Assembly (NCBI GenBank): GCA_041169755.1
Contig: JBEEIS010000135.1
Span: forward strand, 8,439 to 72,438
DNA: 64,000 bases
Direction of reading: 5' to 3'
From: Pseudomonadota bacterium
GTDB lineage: Bacteria > Pseudomonadota > Gammaproteobacteria > Burkholderiales > Burkholderiaceae_C
Below are positions 27,970 through 37,167 of this stretch, one piece after another. The notes beneath the pieces are model-generated. The model worked only from the letters and a program-made list of their open reading frames with translations, searched no databases and was not told the DNA's origin. The stretch's first letter is position 1, and every line of letters begins with the position of its first letter. A program made the position numbers and the translations under genes.

Positions 27970-28317
27970 ATGGCCTCCCGAGAGACCTCAGCCCTTTACC
28001 TTCTGGCCTTGGCGCACCTACAGAACGCGCATCCTGAAAAGGCTGCCACCCTTCTAGCCGCTCTGGATGCCCTGGAATCTGGCCAGCCCGCGACGCTGAT
28101 GGCACTGGCTTGGTCTCAGGTTCGCAGCAACCAGCCCGCGCAAGCTCTGTCCACCCTGGGCCGGATCCGAAGTGGCGGGGGGGTGTCCGCCTCCTATTAC
28201 CTTGTGCGCGCCCAGGCGCTAGAAGCCCTGCAACGACAACCCGAGGCCTACCTGGCCATTCGGACCTTCCTTCGTCTGCGCGGCCCGGTAGCGCGCAACA
28301 ACCCACCGCAGACCTGA
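27970..28317 (+). CDS. sctY: YscY-like TPR chaperone
   Basis: LYLLALAHLQNAHPEKAATLLAAL; between sctX and sctV. Confidence 0.75.
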   Translation: MASRETSALYLLALAHLQNAHPEKAATLLAALDALESGQPATLMALAWSQVRSNQPAQALSTLGRIRSGGGVSASYYLVRAQALEALQRQPEAYLAIRTFLRLRGPVARNNPPQT

Positions 28318-28318
28318 C

Positions 28319-30421
28319 ATGCGAGCACTTCAATCCCGGATCCAGGCCCTGGCCCTTGCGGCGTCCAACCGCAACGACATCGTATTGGCCGTGATGCTGG
28401 TGGCGATCGTCTTCATGATGATTCTGCCGCTCCCCACCTGGCTCGTCGACATCTTGATCGGTATCAACATGACCTTGTCGGCCATGCTGCTGATGGTGGC
28501 GATGTACCTGCCCTCGCCACTGGCTTTTTCGAGTTTCCCCTCGGTGCTGCTGGTGTCCACCCTTTTCCGACTGGGCATTTCGATCGCCACCACGCGCTTG
28601 ATCCTGCTGCAGGGCGATGCAGGTCATATCGTCCAGACCTTCGGCAATTTCGTGGTGGGTGGCAATCTGGTGGTGGGCCTGGTGGTGTTCCTGATACTAA
28701 CCATCGTTCAGTTCATCGTGATCACCAAGGGGGCCGAGCGCGTCGCCGAGGTGGGGGCCCGGTTCTCGCTGGATGCGATGCCTGGCAAGCAGATGTCGAT
28801 CGATGGCGATATGCGGGCGGGCACCATCGATATGGAGGAAGCCAAGCGGCGCCGGCGCCTGGTGGAAAAAGAGAGCCAGCTGTATGGCGCGATGGACGGC
28901 GGCATGAAATTCGTCAAGGGTGATGCAATCGCCGGCCTGATCATCGTGGCGGTGAACCTACTGGGCGGAATTCTGATTGGAACTCTCCAACGCGGCATGT
29001 CCCTGAGCGACGCGGCCAGGACTTACTCGGTACTCACCATCGGTGACGGCTTGATCGCGCAGATTCCGGCGCTTTTCATTGCCATCTGCGCAGGCATGAT
29101 CGTGACTCGCGTGCAAAGCGACGAGGACGTCTCGAACGTCGGACGCGACATCGGCTCACAGATCCTGGCCGAGCCACGCGCCCTCATCATCGCTGCGGCT
29201 GTAGCCCTGGGCATGGGGTTGATCCCTGGGATGCCGACACTGACCTTCCTGGCCTTGGCCGCGTTGCTCGGCGGGATCGGCTGGATCGTTTTGCGTCGAG
29301 GCGCGGCGCAGCGGGCCGGAAAGAGCGACGACGTCATGGCGATACCCGGACTGAAAGCTGCTGGCGATAGACGCAGGGTCGGCCGCAGCGATACGCCCGA
29401 GGAATTCACGCCAACCTCGCCACTGATCATCGACGTCTGCGCAGGCCTGCGCGCAAGCATCCAGGCCGACGACCTGAACAACGAGCTGGTGATGATCCGC
29501 CGCGCCCTGTACTCCGACCTCGGCGTCCCCTTCCCAGGCATCCATCTGCGCTTCAATGAAGCTCTCCCGGCCGAGACGTACCAGATCTTGCTCTCAGAGG
29601 TGCCGGTGGCTCGGGGCCAGTTGCGTCCCGACTTCCTGCTGGTACGCGAGCGGATCGAGCACCTGCAAGCACTGCGTATCCCCCACGAGACGGGCGACGG
29701 CTTCCTACCCGACATCCCGACCGTCTGGGTCGCCGCCAGTCTGAAGGCGTCCCTGGTCCAGGACGGTATTTCGTTCATGGCACCGGGCCAGGTGCTCGGC
29801 TACCACCTGGCCCTGGTGCTCAAACGGTATGCATCGGACTTTCTAGGCATCCAGGAGACCAAGTTCCTGATGTCGTCCATGGAAGCGAGTTTCCCTGACC
29901 TGGTCCGTGAGGCGACCCGAGTGCTGCCGATCCAGAAGATCGCCGAGATCCTGCAACGCCTCGTCTCCGAGGAGATCTCTGTGCGCAACCTGCGTTCGGT
30001 GCTCGAAGCACTGATCGAGTGGGGGCAAAAAGAGAAGGATTCAGTGTTGCTGACCGAATACGTGCGGTCGAACCTCAAGCGTCACATCAGCCACAAATTT
30101 TCCAGTGGCCAGAACGCCTTGCCGGCCTACCTGCTCGCACCAGGCGTGGAAGACATGCTGCGTAGCGCGATCCGCCAGACCAGTGCCGGCAGTTATCTGG
30201 CCCTGGATCCCGCCAATAGCAAGCGGGTGGTCGAGGCGATCCGTCTGACAGTAGGTGACCTGTCACGGAGCACCCACAAGCCTGTGCTCCTGACTTCCAT
30301 GGACATACGGCGCTACCTGCGCAAGATGATCGAATCGGAGCTGTATGAGCTGCCGGTCCTGAGCTACCAGGAGCTGACGCAAGAGATCAATATCCAGCCG
30401 CTGGCCCGGGTCGACCTTTGA
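28319..30421 (+). CDS. sctV: T3SS export gate (LcrD/BcrD/FHIPEP family)
   Basis: ILPLPTWLVD, ITKGAERVAEVGARFSLDAMPGKQMSIDGD, GAMDGGMKFVKGDAIAG, VLSYQEL. Confidence 0.98.
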   Translation: MRALQSRIQALALAASNRNDIVLAVMLVAIVFMMILPLPTWLVDILIGINMTLSAMLLMVAMYLPSPLAFSSFPSVLLVSTLFRLGISIATTRLILLQGDAGHIVQTFGNFVVGGNLVVGLVVFLILTIVQFIVITKGAERVAEVGARFSLDAMPGKQMSIDGDMRAGTIDMEEAKRRRRLVEKESQLYGAMDGGMKFVKGDAIAGLIIVAVNLLGGILIGTLQRGMSLSDAARTYSVLTIGDGLIAQIPALFIAICAGMIVTRVQSDEDVSNVGRDIGSQILAEPRALIIAAAVALGMGLIPGMPTLTFLALAALLGGIGWIVLRRGAAQRAGKSDDVMAIPGLKAAGDRRRVGRSDTPEEFTPTSPLIIDVCAGLRASIQADDLNNELVMIRRALYSDLGVPFPGIHLRFNEALPAETYQILLSEVPVARGQLRPDFLLVRERIEHLQALRIPHETGDGFLPDIPTVWVAASLKASLVQDGISFMAPGQVLGYHLALVLKRYASDFLGIQETKFLMSSMEASFPDLVREATRVLPIQKIAEILQRLVSEEISVRNLRSVLEALIEWGQKEKDSVLLTEYVRSNLKRHISHKFSSGQNALPAYLLAPGVEDMLRSAIRQTSAGSYLALDPANSKRVVEAIRLTVGDLSRSTHKPVLLTSMDIRRYLRKMIESELYELPVLSYQELTQEINIQPLARVDL

Positions 30422-30478
30422 GACCGATACGCGCACATCACCCCGGATGCGCTCCAGCATCCAGAAGGACCTGAGCTG

Positions 30479-30814
30479 TCAGAAGTGCCTGAGGGCGTCC
30501 TGCGCGTTGTCGGTAACGGCGAACAGGTCCAGAAAGCCGCTCATCTCGAAGACGCCGCGGACCTCCTCGCGCAGGCCGCATAACACCAGCTGCCCCTGCG
30601 CTGCGCGCAACTTTTTTCCCGTCACGAGGATGACCCGTAGCCCCGCTGAACTGATGTAGTCCACGTCCGACAAGTCCAGGACCATTCGGGTGCTGCCGGC
30701 CTGCAGGCGCTCCAGGACGGAGGCTTCGAAGGCTGGGGAGGTGGCGCTGTCCAGTCGCCCCGAGGGCCGAAGGATGGCGATGTCACTGCCGGGGGTTTCG
30801 CAAGTGGAGCTCAT
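30479..30814 (-). CDS. STAS anti-sigma factor antagonist (RsbV/BtrV-like)
   Basis: GRLDSATSPAFE, DLSDVDYISSAGLRVIL with the phosphorylatable Ser, VFEMSGF. Confidence 0.92.
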   Translation of the reverse strand: MSSTCETPGSDIAILRPSGRLDSATSPAFEASVLERLQAGSTRMVLDLSDVDYISSAGLRVILVTGKKLRAAQGQLVLCGLREEVRGVFEMSGFLDLFAVTDNAQDALRHF

Positions 30815-30858
30815 GCACTTCTTTCCTAATGCTGAAGGCTGTAGTGTAATTACTTCGT

Positions 30859-32148
30859 ATGAATCGCGACAGTATGCTGGAGCTGCGTGTCTTGAGCGGT
30901 ACCCATTCGGGGGCCCGGGCGCTGCTGGCTGCATCGCCTCAAGTCATCGGGAGCGGTGAGAACTGTGCCCTGATCCTGTCCGACGAAGGCGTCCTGGCCC
31001 AGCACGCCAGCCTCGAGCATCAAGCGGACGGCAGCACCGTGTTGCGCTGGCTCAACAGTGAAATGTCGCCCTTGATCGTGCGGCCGGGCCAGGGGGCGCA
31101 AATGGGCCCGGTTCGGGTGGCGATTGAGCAGATCGACACGCCGTGGCGAGAAGATGTTCCTATCCTGGTGCCGCCCCCGGCGCAGCCCTCGCCTCAGGTG
31201 TCCGAGCGCCGAACCGGGCTCAGCCCCAACCAGGTGCTGCTGCGTACTGGGGCGATGCTGGCGGTCCTGGCCCTGCTGGGCTTGGTCTTCTGGGCCGGCC
31301 TGACCATCCTCCAGGAGGCGCCCGACGCCCCGCAAGACATCGCGAGTTCGGCCGGCCCAGCGGCAAGCTCGGACCACGCGCTGGCCCTCGCTATCGCTCG
31401 GCTAGGACTTGCCGGCCGTGTACGCATCGACCGCACCGATCCGCAGTCGCCTGCAGTCAGCGTGGGGTTCCTGCCTGAGGAGGACATGCTGGCCTTGGCA
31501 CAAGAGTTGTCCCGGTTGTCGCCCCGCCCCCGGCTGGTCCGGGCGGATGAGTCGGAGTTGGTGAACGCAGTGACACAAGCGGTCCAGCAGCTGGCGGGGC
31601 CGGGTTTACCGGCCACTGCGCGCTACCTCGGAAACGGACGATTCCGCCTGGAGGGGCGCGTGACCGACGAAGTCCATCGCGCCCGTGTGATCGCCCAGCT
31701 GGAGCGGGAGTTTCCCTTTGCCGCAGGTTTCGAGTCGAACCTCACAACGCAGGCAGATGGCGCAGCCGCCATGCTCGAGGCGTTACGGCGACAGGGCCTG
31801 GGGCGAATCCACGGCGAGTGGACCGAGGGCATGCTGGTCCTGGAGGTCACGCTGGCCCCCGGCGACCAGGTCCGCTGGGAACAAGCGCTGCTGGCGGTAG
31901 CAACGCGCCACGATCTGCCCTTCAGGGCGCAGGTGCGATTGCAACCCGGTACGCAGCGGCCGACAGCCGCCGAGCTTCCGTTCACCATCCGAAGTGTTGT
32001 CAACAGCCCCCTGCCGCACGTGACCCTTTCTGACGGTCGCAAGCTGATGGCGGGCGGACGGCTGGACGGGTGGCAGCTCCAGGAGATCGGAGCAAGTCAC
32101 TTGGTACTCGACGGCCCTCAGGGCCAACGAATCACGATGGAGAGATGA
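30859..32148 (+). CDS. sctD: T3SS inner membrane ring protein (YscD/BscD)
   Basis: FHA-like N-terminus LRVLSGTHSGA...IGSGENCALILSD, single TM helix, C-terminal PLPHVTLSDGRKLMAGG. Confidence 0.9.
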   Translation: MNRDSMLELRVLSGTHSGARALLAASPQVIGSGENCALILSDEGVLAQHASLEHQADGSTVLRWLNSEMSPLIVRPGQGAQMGPVRVAIEQIDTPWREDVPILVPPPAQPSPQVSERRTGLSPNQVLLRTGAMLAVLALLGLVFWAGLTILQEAPDAPQDIASSAGPAASSDHALALAIARLGLAGRVRIDRTDPQSPAVSVGFLPEEDMLALAQELSRLSPRPRLVRADESELVNAVTQAVQQLAGPGLPATARYLGNGRFRLEGRVTDEVHRARVIAQLEREFPFAAGFESNLTTQADGAAAMLEALRRQGLGRIHGEWTEGMLVLEVTLAPGDQVRWEQALLAVATRHDLPFRAQVRLQPGTQRPTAAELPFTIRSVVNSPLPHVTLSDGRKLMAGGRLDGWQLQEIGASHLVLDGPQGQRITMER

Positions 32149-32366
32149 AGATGACACCAGCATTGACTGAACTCGAAGAACGCCTGGCGGGGCCCGACGG
32201 CGAAGCGGTCCGGATGACTTCGATCGCGGCCATCGCCGCCTTGCAAGCCCGTTGCCGAGCAGAGCCAGGTGACACGCGGCTCGATCCCATCGAGCTGAGT
32301 CGGATCAGGATCCTGCGGACGGCCTGCGAAGCCGCATTCAGGACATTGAAAGCTCAACCGCGGTAA
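32145..32366 (+). CDS. YscE-like needle co-chaperone
   Basis: MTPALTELEERLAG...; about 73 aa, between sctD and the needle gene. Confidence 0.7.
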   Translation: MKMTPALTELEERLAGPDGEAVRMTSIAAIAALQARCRAEPGDTRLDPIELSRIRILRTACEAAFRTLKAQPR

Positions 32367-32411
32367 ACAGTCGCTGCGTCTTGCTCAACCACCCATGGAA
32401 AGGAAACTGCC

Positions 32412-32654
32412 GTGCCCTCCACTAGCTTCAGCCCTCTGTACTCGCTTGAAAAACTCACCCTCGCCGTCAATGCCAGAAAAGGGCCATTGGATACTCAGAT
32501 CCAAGCCATGGGAACCAACACCGAGCCCATGACACCTGACCAGGCAATGCAGTTCAATTACAACGTGTCCAACTACAACCTGATGGCGCAACTGGCCGCC
32601 GACGTGCAGAAGAACATCTGGGACACGCTCAGGAGCATCATGAGCAAGACCTGA
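32412..32654 (+). CDS. sctF: T3SS needle subunit (YscF/BscF)
   Basis: 80 aa, PMTPDQAMQFNYNVSNYNLMAQLAADVQKNIWDTLRSIMSK helix-turn-helix; after sctD-yscE. Confidence 0.85.
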   Translation: MPSTSFSPLYSLEKLTLAVNARKGPLDTQIQAMGTNTEPMTPDQAMQFNYNVSNYNLMAQLAADVQKNIWDTLRSIMSKT

Positions 32655-32764
32655 CAGGCGCTCCTGGCAGGGCGCCTGCGCCACCGCCGCGCGGGGACCG
32701 CGCGGCGGACCTTGTTTATTGATGAGCAGGTTACCATCCGACCCCTGTGTGCACAGGCGTCGCG

Positions 32765-33259
32765 ATGCCCCCCTCACCTGCCTCAACCCGTCCGTCCTTT
32801 CAGGCCGTACAACCCAGCCGGATTTCTGAGTTCGAGGGCTTGGTCCGTGCGCTGACCGCCTGGTGCAATGAGGCGCAGGTACCACCGCAGACCGTAAGCC
32901 GACTGGTCCTGGTACTCGACGAGTTGTTTACGAACATCGTGGTCCACGGCTACCGCGAAGACCCCCATGGCGAGATCGTGGTGCAAGCCCAGGTGCGTGA
33001 CGGGGCGGTGGACGTTACGCTGACCGACCACGCGCCCGCCTTCAATCCCCTGCTCGTGCCGGAGACGGACACCACCCTCTCCCTGGAGGCGCGTCCTCTC
33101 GGTGGACTCGGCTTGCTTTTCGTGCGCAACACGTCGGATGAGTTGCGCTACCAGCTGCTCACGGACGCGCCCCAGGCAAAAAACTGGCTGCAGTTCACGC
33201 TGAAATTCGGTGCAGGCGGCAACCAACTCCGGGACCACGCGCTCGCCAGACCGCGATAG
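32765..33259 (+). CDS. RsbW/BtrW-like anti-sigma factor Ser kinase (HATPase_c)
   Basis: N-box LDELFTNIVVHG, D..PAFNP, G2 box GGLGLLFV. Confidence 0.92.
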   Translation: MPPSPASTRPSFQAVQPSRISEFEGLVRALTAWCNEAQVPPQTVSRLVLVLDELFTNIVVHGYREDPHGEIVVQAQVRDGAVDVTLTDHAPAFNPLLVPETDTTLSLEARPLGGLGLLFVRNTSDELRYQLLTDAPQAKNWLQFTLKFGAGGNQLRDHALARPR

Positions 33260-33271
33260 CGGCAAGGCGCG

Positions 33272-34213
33272 CTACGCGCTGGCCAGGGTCAGCAGCCCCT
33301 CACGTGGCGTCGGAAAGCGAAGCCGTACGCGCAGCTCCCGTTTCAGGCGCCGGTTGACGAGGCGGCGGGACTCCCCCATGAAACTCAGGAGCATGAGGGG
33401 CAATTCGGATTGCGCTGCGTCGCGCGCAATTCTGCGGGGACGCGGTAACCCGTACAAATCGGCGGCGAGTTCGAAGTAATCGCCCATCTTCAATTCGCCG
33501 TCATCGCTGGTGTTGTAGGCCCGCTGCGCCCACCCGCGCCACAGGGCTGCAACCGCGGAACGAGCGAGGTCGTCGGCGTGGATGTGGTTGGTATAGACAT
33601 CGTCCTGCGCCTGCAGCACAGGGGTACCGCGCAAGAGCCTTTCGCGCGGCGTGCCACCGGGTCGATCCGGAGCATAGATGCCAGGCACCCGCAATACGTT
33701 GATCCGGGTGCCATGGGTACGGCCGAAGTGCCGCACCAGCGCTTCGGCATCGGCCCGGCGCTGCGCGCGCGGGGTGGACGGTGCAATGGGTCTCGATTCC
33801 GCAACCTGCGCACCCGCGCAATCGCCGTACACGCCACTGGTCGAGGCATAGGTGAAAGACTTCGGGAGACTGCGCCGTCCCAAGGCGCGGAGCAGGGCCT
33901 GGGTACGCAGGTCTCGCCACCACTGGGGCTGATTCTCGGCGGAGGACGGCGGCGCCAGGTGGACGATGCGTGTGGCCAAGCCCGCCAACCGGGCGAGGCT
34001 GGCCGGGTGATCCAGGTCACCCGCCAGGGGCGTGATACCGCGACTGCGCAAGAGGGGCGCACGCTCGGGGCTGGAGGTCAGCGCCATCAGCCGGACCTGC
34101 GCGCCCTGCATGCGGGCCACGCGCAGGCCGATATCGCCGCAACCGACGATCAGGAGACGCTCGCGGCGAAAGCGCGCGGGCAAGGCGCCGAGGGGACTCT
34201 GGTTTGAGGGCAA
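33272..34213 (-). CDS. NAD-dependent epimerase/dehydratase (extended SDR)
   Basis: LIVGCGDIG, YASTSGVYGD, LRVPGIYAP, IHADDLA. Confidence 0.9.
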   Translation of the reverse strand: MPSNQSPLGALPARFRRERLLIVGCGDIGLRVARMQGAQVRLMALTSSPERAPLLRSRGITPLAGDLDHPASLARLAGLATRIVHLAPPSSAENQPQWWRDLRTQALLRALGRRSLPKSFTYASTSGVYGDCAGAQVAESRPIAPSTPRAQRRADAEALVRHFGRTHGTRINVLRVPGIYAPDRPGGTPRERLLRGTPVLQAQDDVYTNHIHADDLARSAVAALWRGWAQRAYNTSDDGELKMGDYFELAADLYGLPRPRRIARDAAQSELPLMLLSFMGESRRLVNRRLKRELRVRLRFPTPREGLLTLASA

Positions 34214-34255
34214 AATCGCAAGCTTTGGCTATGTAAGCACCCAAGGATACTCAAG

Positions 34256-35338
34256 ATGACGAGCGCCACGGCCCCGGCAGGCCCTTTCCAAGTGACCGTG
34301 CAACCGAGCGGCCGCAGCTTCAGCGTCGAGGCGGGCGAAACCGTGCTGGCGGCGGCTATCCGCCAAGGGGTGGGTCTGCCCTATGGCTGCAAAGACGGCG
34401 CCTGCGGCTCGTGCAAGTGCCGCAAGCTCGAAGGAGAGGTCGCCCACGGCCCACATCAGAGCAAGGCGCTGAGCGTCGACGAAGAGGCGGCAGGCTATGT
34501 CCTGACCTGCAGCGCCAACGCGCAATCGAATCTGGTGCTGGAATCGCGCCAGGTCACCGACGAGGGCGCCTTCCCGGTGCGCAAGATGCCCGTACGCGTG
34601 CAAGCCCTGCAAAAGCTTTCGCACGACGTCATGCTGGTGCGCCTGCAGCTGCCTGCGAACGACACCGTGCGCTATCACGCCGGCCAGTACGTGGAGTTCA
34701 TCCTGCGTGATGGTGCACGCCGCAGCTACTCGATGGCCAACGCCGCCCACCTGCTAGTGCGAACCGAGGACGGTGTCACGCAAGGACCAACGATCGACCT
34801 GCATATCCGCCACATGCCAGGCGGCAAGTTCACCGACCATGTGTTCTTGAATATGAAGGACAAGGAGATCCTTCGGATCGAAGGCCCCTTCGGCAGCTTC
34901 TTTCTGCGCGAGGACAGCACCAAACCCCTCGTGCTCCTGGCCTCCGGCACCGGCTTCGCGCCGATCAAGGCCATTCTCGAACACATGCAGTTCAAAGGCA
35001 TCACGCGGCCCGCGGTGCTGTATTGGGGCGGGCGACGTCCCGCCGACCTGTACCTGGACGACTGGGTGCGCGCGCAGTGCGCACAAATGCCAAACCTGCG
35101 CTACGTGCCCGTCGTGTCCGACGCCCTGCCCGAGGACAACTGGACCGGCCGCACCGGCTACGTGCACCGCGCCGTTCTAGAGGATCAGCCTGACCTGTCG
35201 GGCCACCAGGTCTATGCCTGCGGCGCGCCAGTGGTCGTCGAATCTGCACAGCGCGATTACACGAGTCAGGCCGGCCTGCCTTCTGAAGAATTCTTCGCCG
35301 ACTCGTTCACCAGCGAAGCCGACAAGCACGGCGCCTGA
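34256..35338 (+). CDS. 2Fe-2S/FAD/NAD oxidoreductase (CDP-6-deoxy-delta-3,4-glucoseen reductase family)
   Basis: CKDGACGSCKC ferredoxin, RSYSMA, LASGTGFAP, VYACG. Confidence 0.9.
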   Translation: MTSATAPAGPFQVTVQPSGRSFSVEAGETVLAAAIRQGVGLPYGCKDGACGSCKCRKLEGEVAHGPHQSKALSVDEEAAGYVLTCSANAQSNLVLESRQVTDEGAFPVRKMPVRVQALQKLSHDVMLVRLQLPANDTVRYHAGQYVEFILRDGARRSYSMANAAHLLVRTEDGVTQGPTIDLHIRHMPGGKFTDHVFLNMKDKEILRIEGPFGSFFLREDSTKPLVLLASGTGFAPIKAILEHMQFKGITRPAVLYWGGRRPADLYLDDWVRAQCAQMPNLRYVPVVSDALPEDNWTGRTGYVHRAVLEDQPDLSGHQVYACGAPVVVESAQRDYTSQAGLPSEEFFADSFTSEADKHGA

Positions 35339-35368
35339 CCATCCCATTCGCAGTACCGCAAAGAACCC

Positions 35369-36349
35369 ATGAACGCCATTCCACGCCGCCCCCTCCTTGC
35401 CCTCGCGCTCGCCTTGGCTGCCGCAGCCGCCAGCCCGCTGGCCTTCGGCCAGGCCCGACCGATCCGACTGATCGTGCCTTATGGCGCGGGCGGGCCGATC
35501 GACGTGACTGCGCGCCTGCTGGCCGAGCGCGTGAAGGACACGCTGGGTACGGTGATCATCGAGAACCGTCCAGGTGGCGGCGGGAATATCGGCGCCGATG
35601 CGGTCGCCAAGGCCGCACCCGACGGCCTGACCATCGGCATTTCCGCAGTGGCCACGCACGCGATCAACCCTTGGCTGTTCTCGAAGATGCCCTACGACGC
35701 AGGCAAGGACTTCGCGGCGATCACCCAGATGGTGCGGGTACCCAACGTACTGGTCATGAACGCAGACACCGCCGCGCGTCTGAAGATCAACACCCTGGCC
35801 GATCTGATCGCGTATGCCAAGGCGAATCCGGCCAAGCTCAATTACGGCAGCGGCGGCAACGGCAGTGCCGGCCACCTGGCCGGTGAGATGTTCAAGCGCG
35901 ATGCGGGTATCTTCGCGGTGCACATTCCGTACAACGGCGGTAACCCCGCGCAGCTGGCCCTGTTGTCTGGCCAGGTGGACTTCAACTTCGACAACCTGGC
36001 CACCGCCGCGCCCAACATCCGGGCTGGCAAACTCAAGGCCCTGGGCGTGACCACGCTGCAACGCTCGGCCAGCCTGCCCGAGGTGCCGCCGATCGCCGAG
36101 ACCCTGCGCGGTTTCTCGATCGATACCTGGTGGGGGCTGGTCGCGCCCGCAGGTACACCGCGCGAGACGCTGCAGCGCCTGAACCAGGCCTTTGTCACCG
36201 CCTTGCAGTCGCCAGAAGCCAGGGCGCGCTTCGCGCAGCTCATGGCTGACCCTGTCCCCACCACGCCAGACGAATTCAGCGCGTTCATGCGCGCGGAACT
36301 GGCCAAGTACGAGCGAGTGGTCAAGGCCTCGGGCGCCAAGGTCGACTGA
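35369..36349 (+). CDS. Bug/TctC tripartite tricarboxylate transporter substrate-binding protein
   Basis: Signal peptide; IVPYGAGGPID, ENRPGGGGNIG, YGSGGNGSAGHL, HIPYNG. Confidence 0.93.
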   Translation: MNAIPRRPLLALALALAAAAASPLAFGQARPIRLIVPYGAGGPIDVTARLLAERVKDTLGTVIIENRPGGGGNIGADAVAKAAPDGLTIGISAVATHAINPWLFSKMPYDAGKDFAAITQMVRVPNVLVMNADTAARLKINTLADLIAYAKANPAKLNYGSGGNGSAGHLAGEMFKRDAGIFAVHIPYNGGNPAQLALLSGQVDFNFDNLATAAPNIRAGKLKALGVTTLQRSASLPEVPPIAETLRGFSIDTWWGLVAPAGTPRETLQRLNQAFVTALQSPEARARFAQLMADPVPTTPDEFSAFMRAELAKYERVVKASGAKVD

Positions 36350-36479
36350 CCTGGCCCCCGTCGGGCGCTGAAAAAACGCCCGAGCGGCGTCCTACGGCCG
36401 CTCTAAGCGTTTTCCGACAGGTCCTGTGTGGGTCGTTTCCTAGAGTGAATCTCCAGCGAAACACCAACAAGGCCCCGTC

Positions 36480-37157
36480 ATGCACCGATCCTCTTTCCCC
36501 TTCCCCTCCCTCTTCACGCACCCGGGTGCACGCCTGGCCGCCCTGGCGTGCACGCTGACACTGGCCATCCCGACTTACGCTCAAGGCGTGGCCGACACCG
36601 TGCCTGCCGATACCAGTACCTCGGGCGCCGCCAGCGGTACACAGACGTCCACCTCCTCGTGGTGGGCGCCAGGCAGCGGCCGTTCGGCCATCGGTCTGAA
36701 CGTGGGACGCTCGAACTTCCAGGCGCCCTGTGGCAGCGTGTACGCCTGCGACGACACGGATCGCTACTGGACGCTCTACGGCCGCGCCATGGCCAACGAC
36801 ATGTGGGGCAGCGAGATCGCATTCGTGGACATGGGCAGCATGGAGCGCGGTGGTGGTACGACACGCGCTCGCGGCGTCAACCTCAGCCTCGTCGGCAAGG
36901 TGCCGATCGCCCAGAACTTCGGCGTGTTCGGCAAGGTGGGAGCGATGTATGGCCGCACACGCACGTCCACGGCAGCGGGTTCGGACATCGCCGGCGGTAA
37001 CGAGCACGGCTTCGGTCTGACGCTCGGCGCGGGTCTGAGCTGGGATTTTTCGCCCCGAGTGTCGGCCGTCTTGGAATGGGACCGCTACAACTTCCGCTTC
37101 CAGGGCGGGCGCGACCCGGTGAATACGGCGAGTGTGGGCCTGCAGTATCGCTATTGA
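36480..37157 (+). CDS. Outer membrane beta-barrel protein (OmpA-like TM domain)
   Basis: Signal peptide, alternating strands, terminal VGLQYRY. Confidence 0.8.
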   Translation: MHRSSFPFPSLFTHPGARLAALACTLTLAIPTYAQGVADTVPADTSTSGAASGTQTSTSSWWAPGSGRSAIGLNVGRSNFQAPCGSVYACDDTDRYWTLYGRAMANDMWGSEIAFVDMGSMERGGGTTRARGVNLSLVGKVPIAQNFGVFGKVGAMYGRTRTSTAAGSDIAGGNEHGFGLTLGAGLSWDFSPRVSAVLEWDRYNFRFQGGRDPVNTASVGLQYRY

Positions 37158-37167
37158 GTGGAGCTGA

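Larger units (their letters stand above)
8977..33265. mobile_element. Putative tRNA-Leu-associated genomic island carrying a complete T3SS (no integrase or att repeat seen)
   Basis: Starts immediately after the tRNA 3' end; contiguous accessory block between housekeeping genes; locally much lower GC in the translocon genes. Confidence 0.5.

Noticed and set aside
33272-35338. Epimerase and CDP-glucoseen-reductase-like genes as possible island cargo (T3SS glycosylation)
   Set aside because: A common divergent housekeeping pair with host-like codon usage and no ECF box; treated as the right flank.
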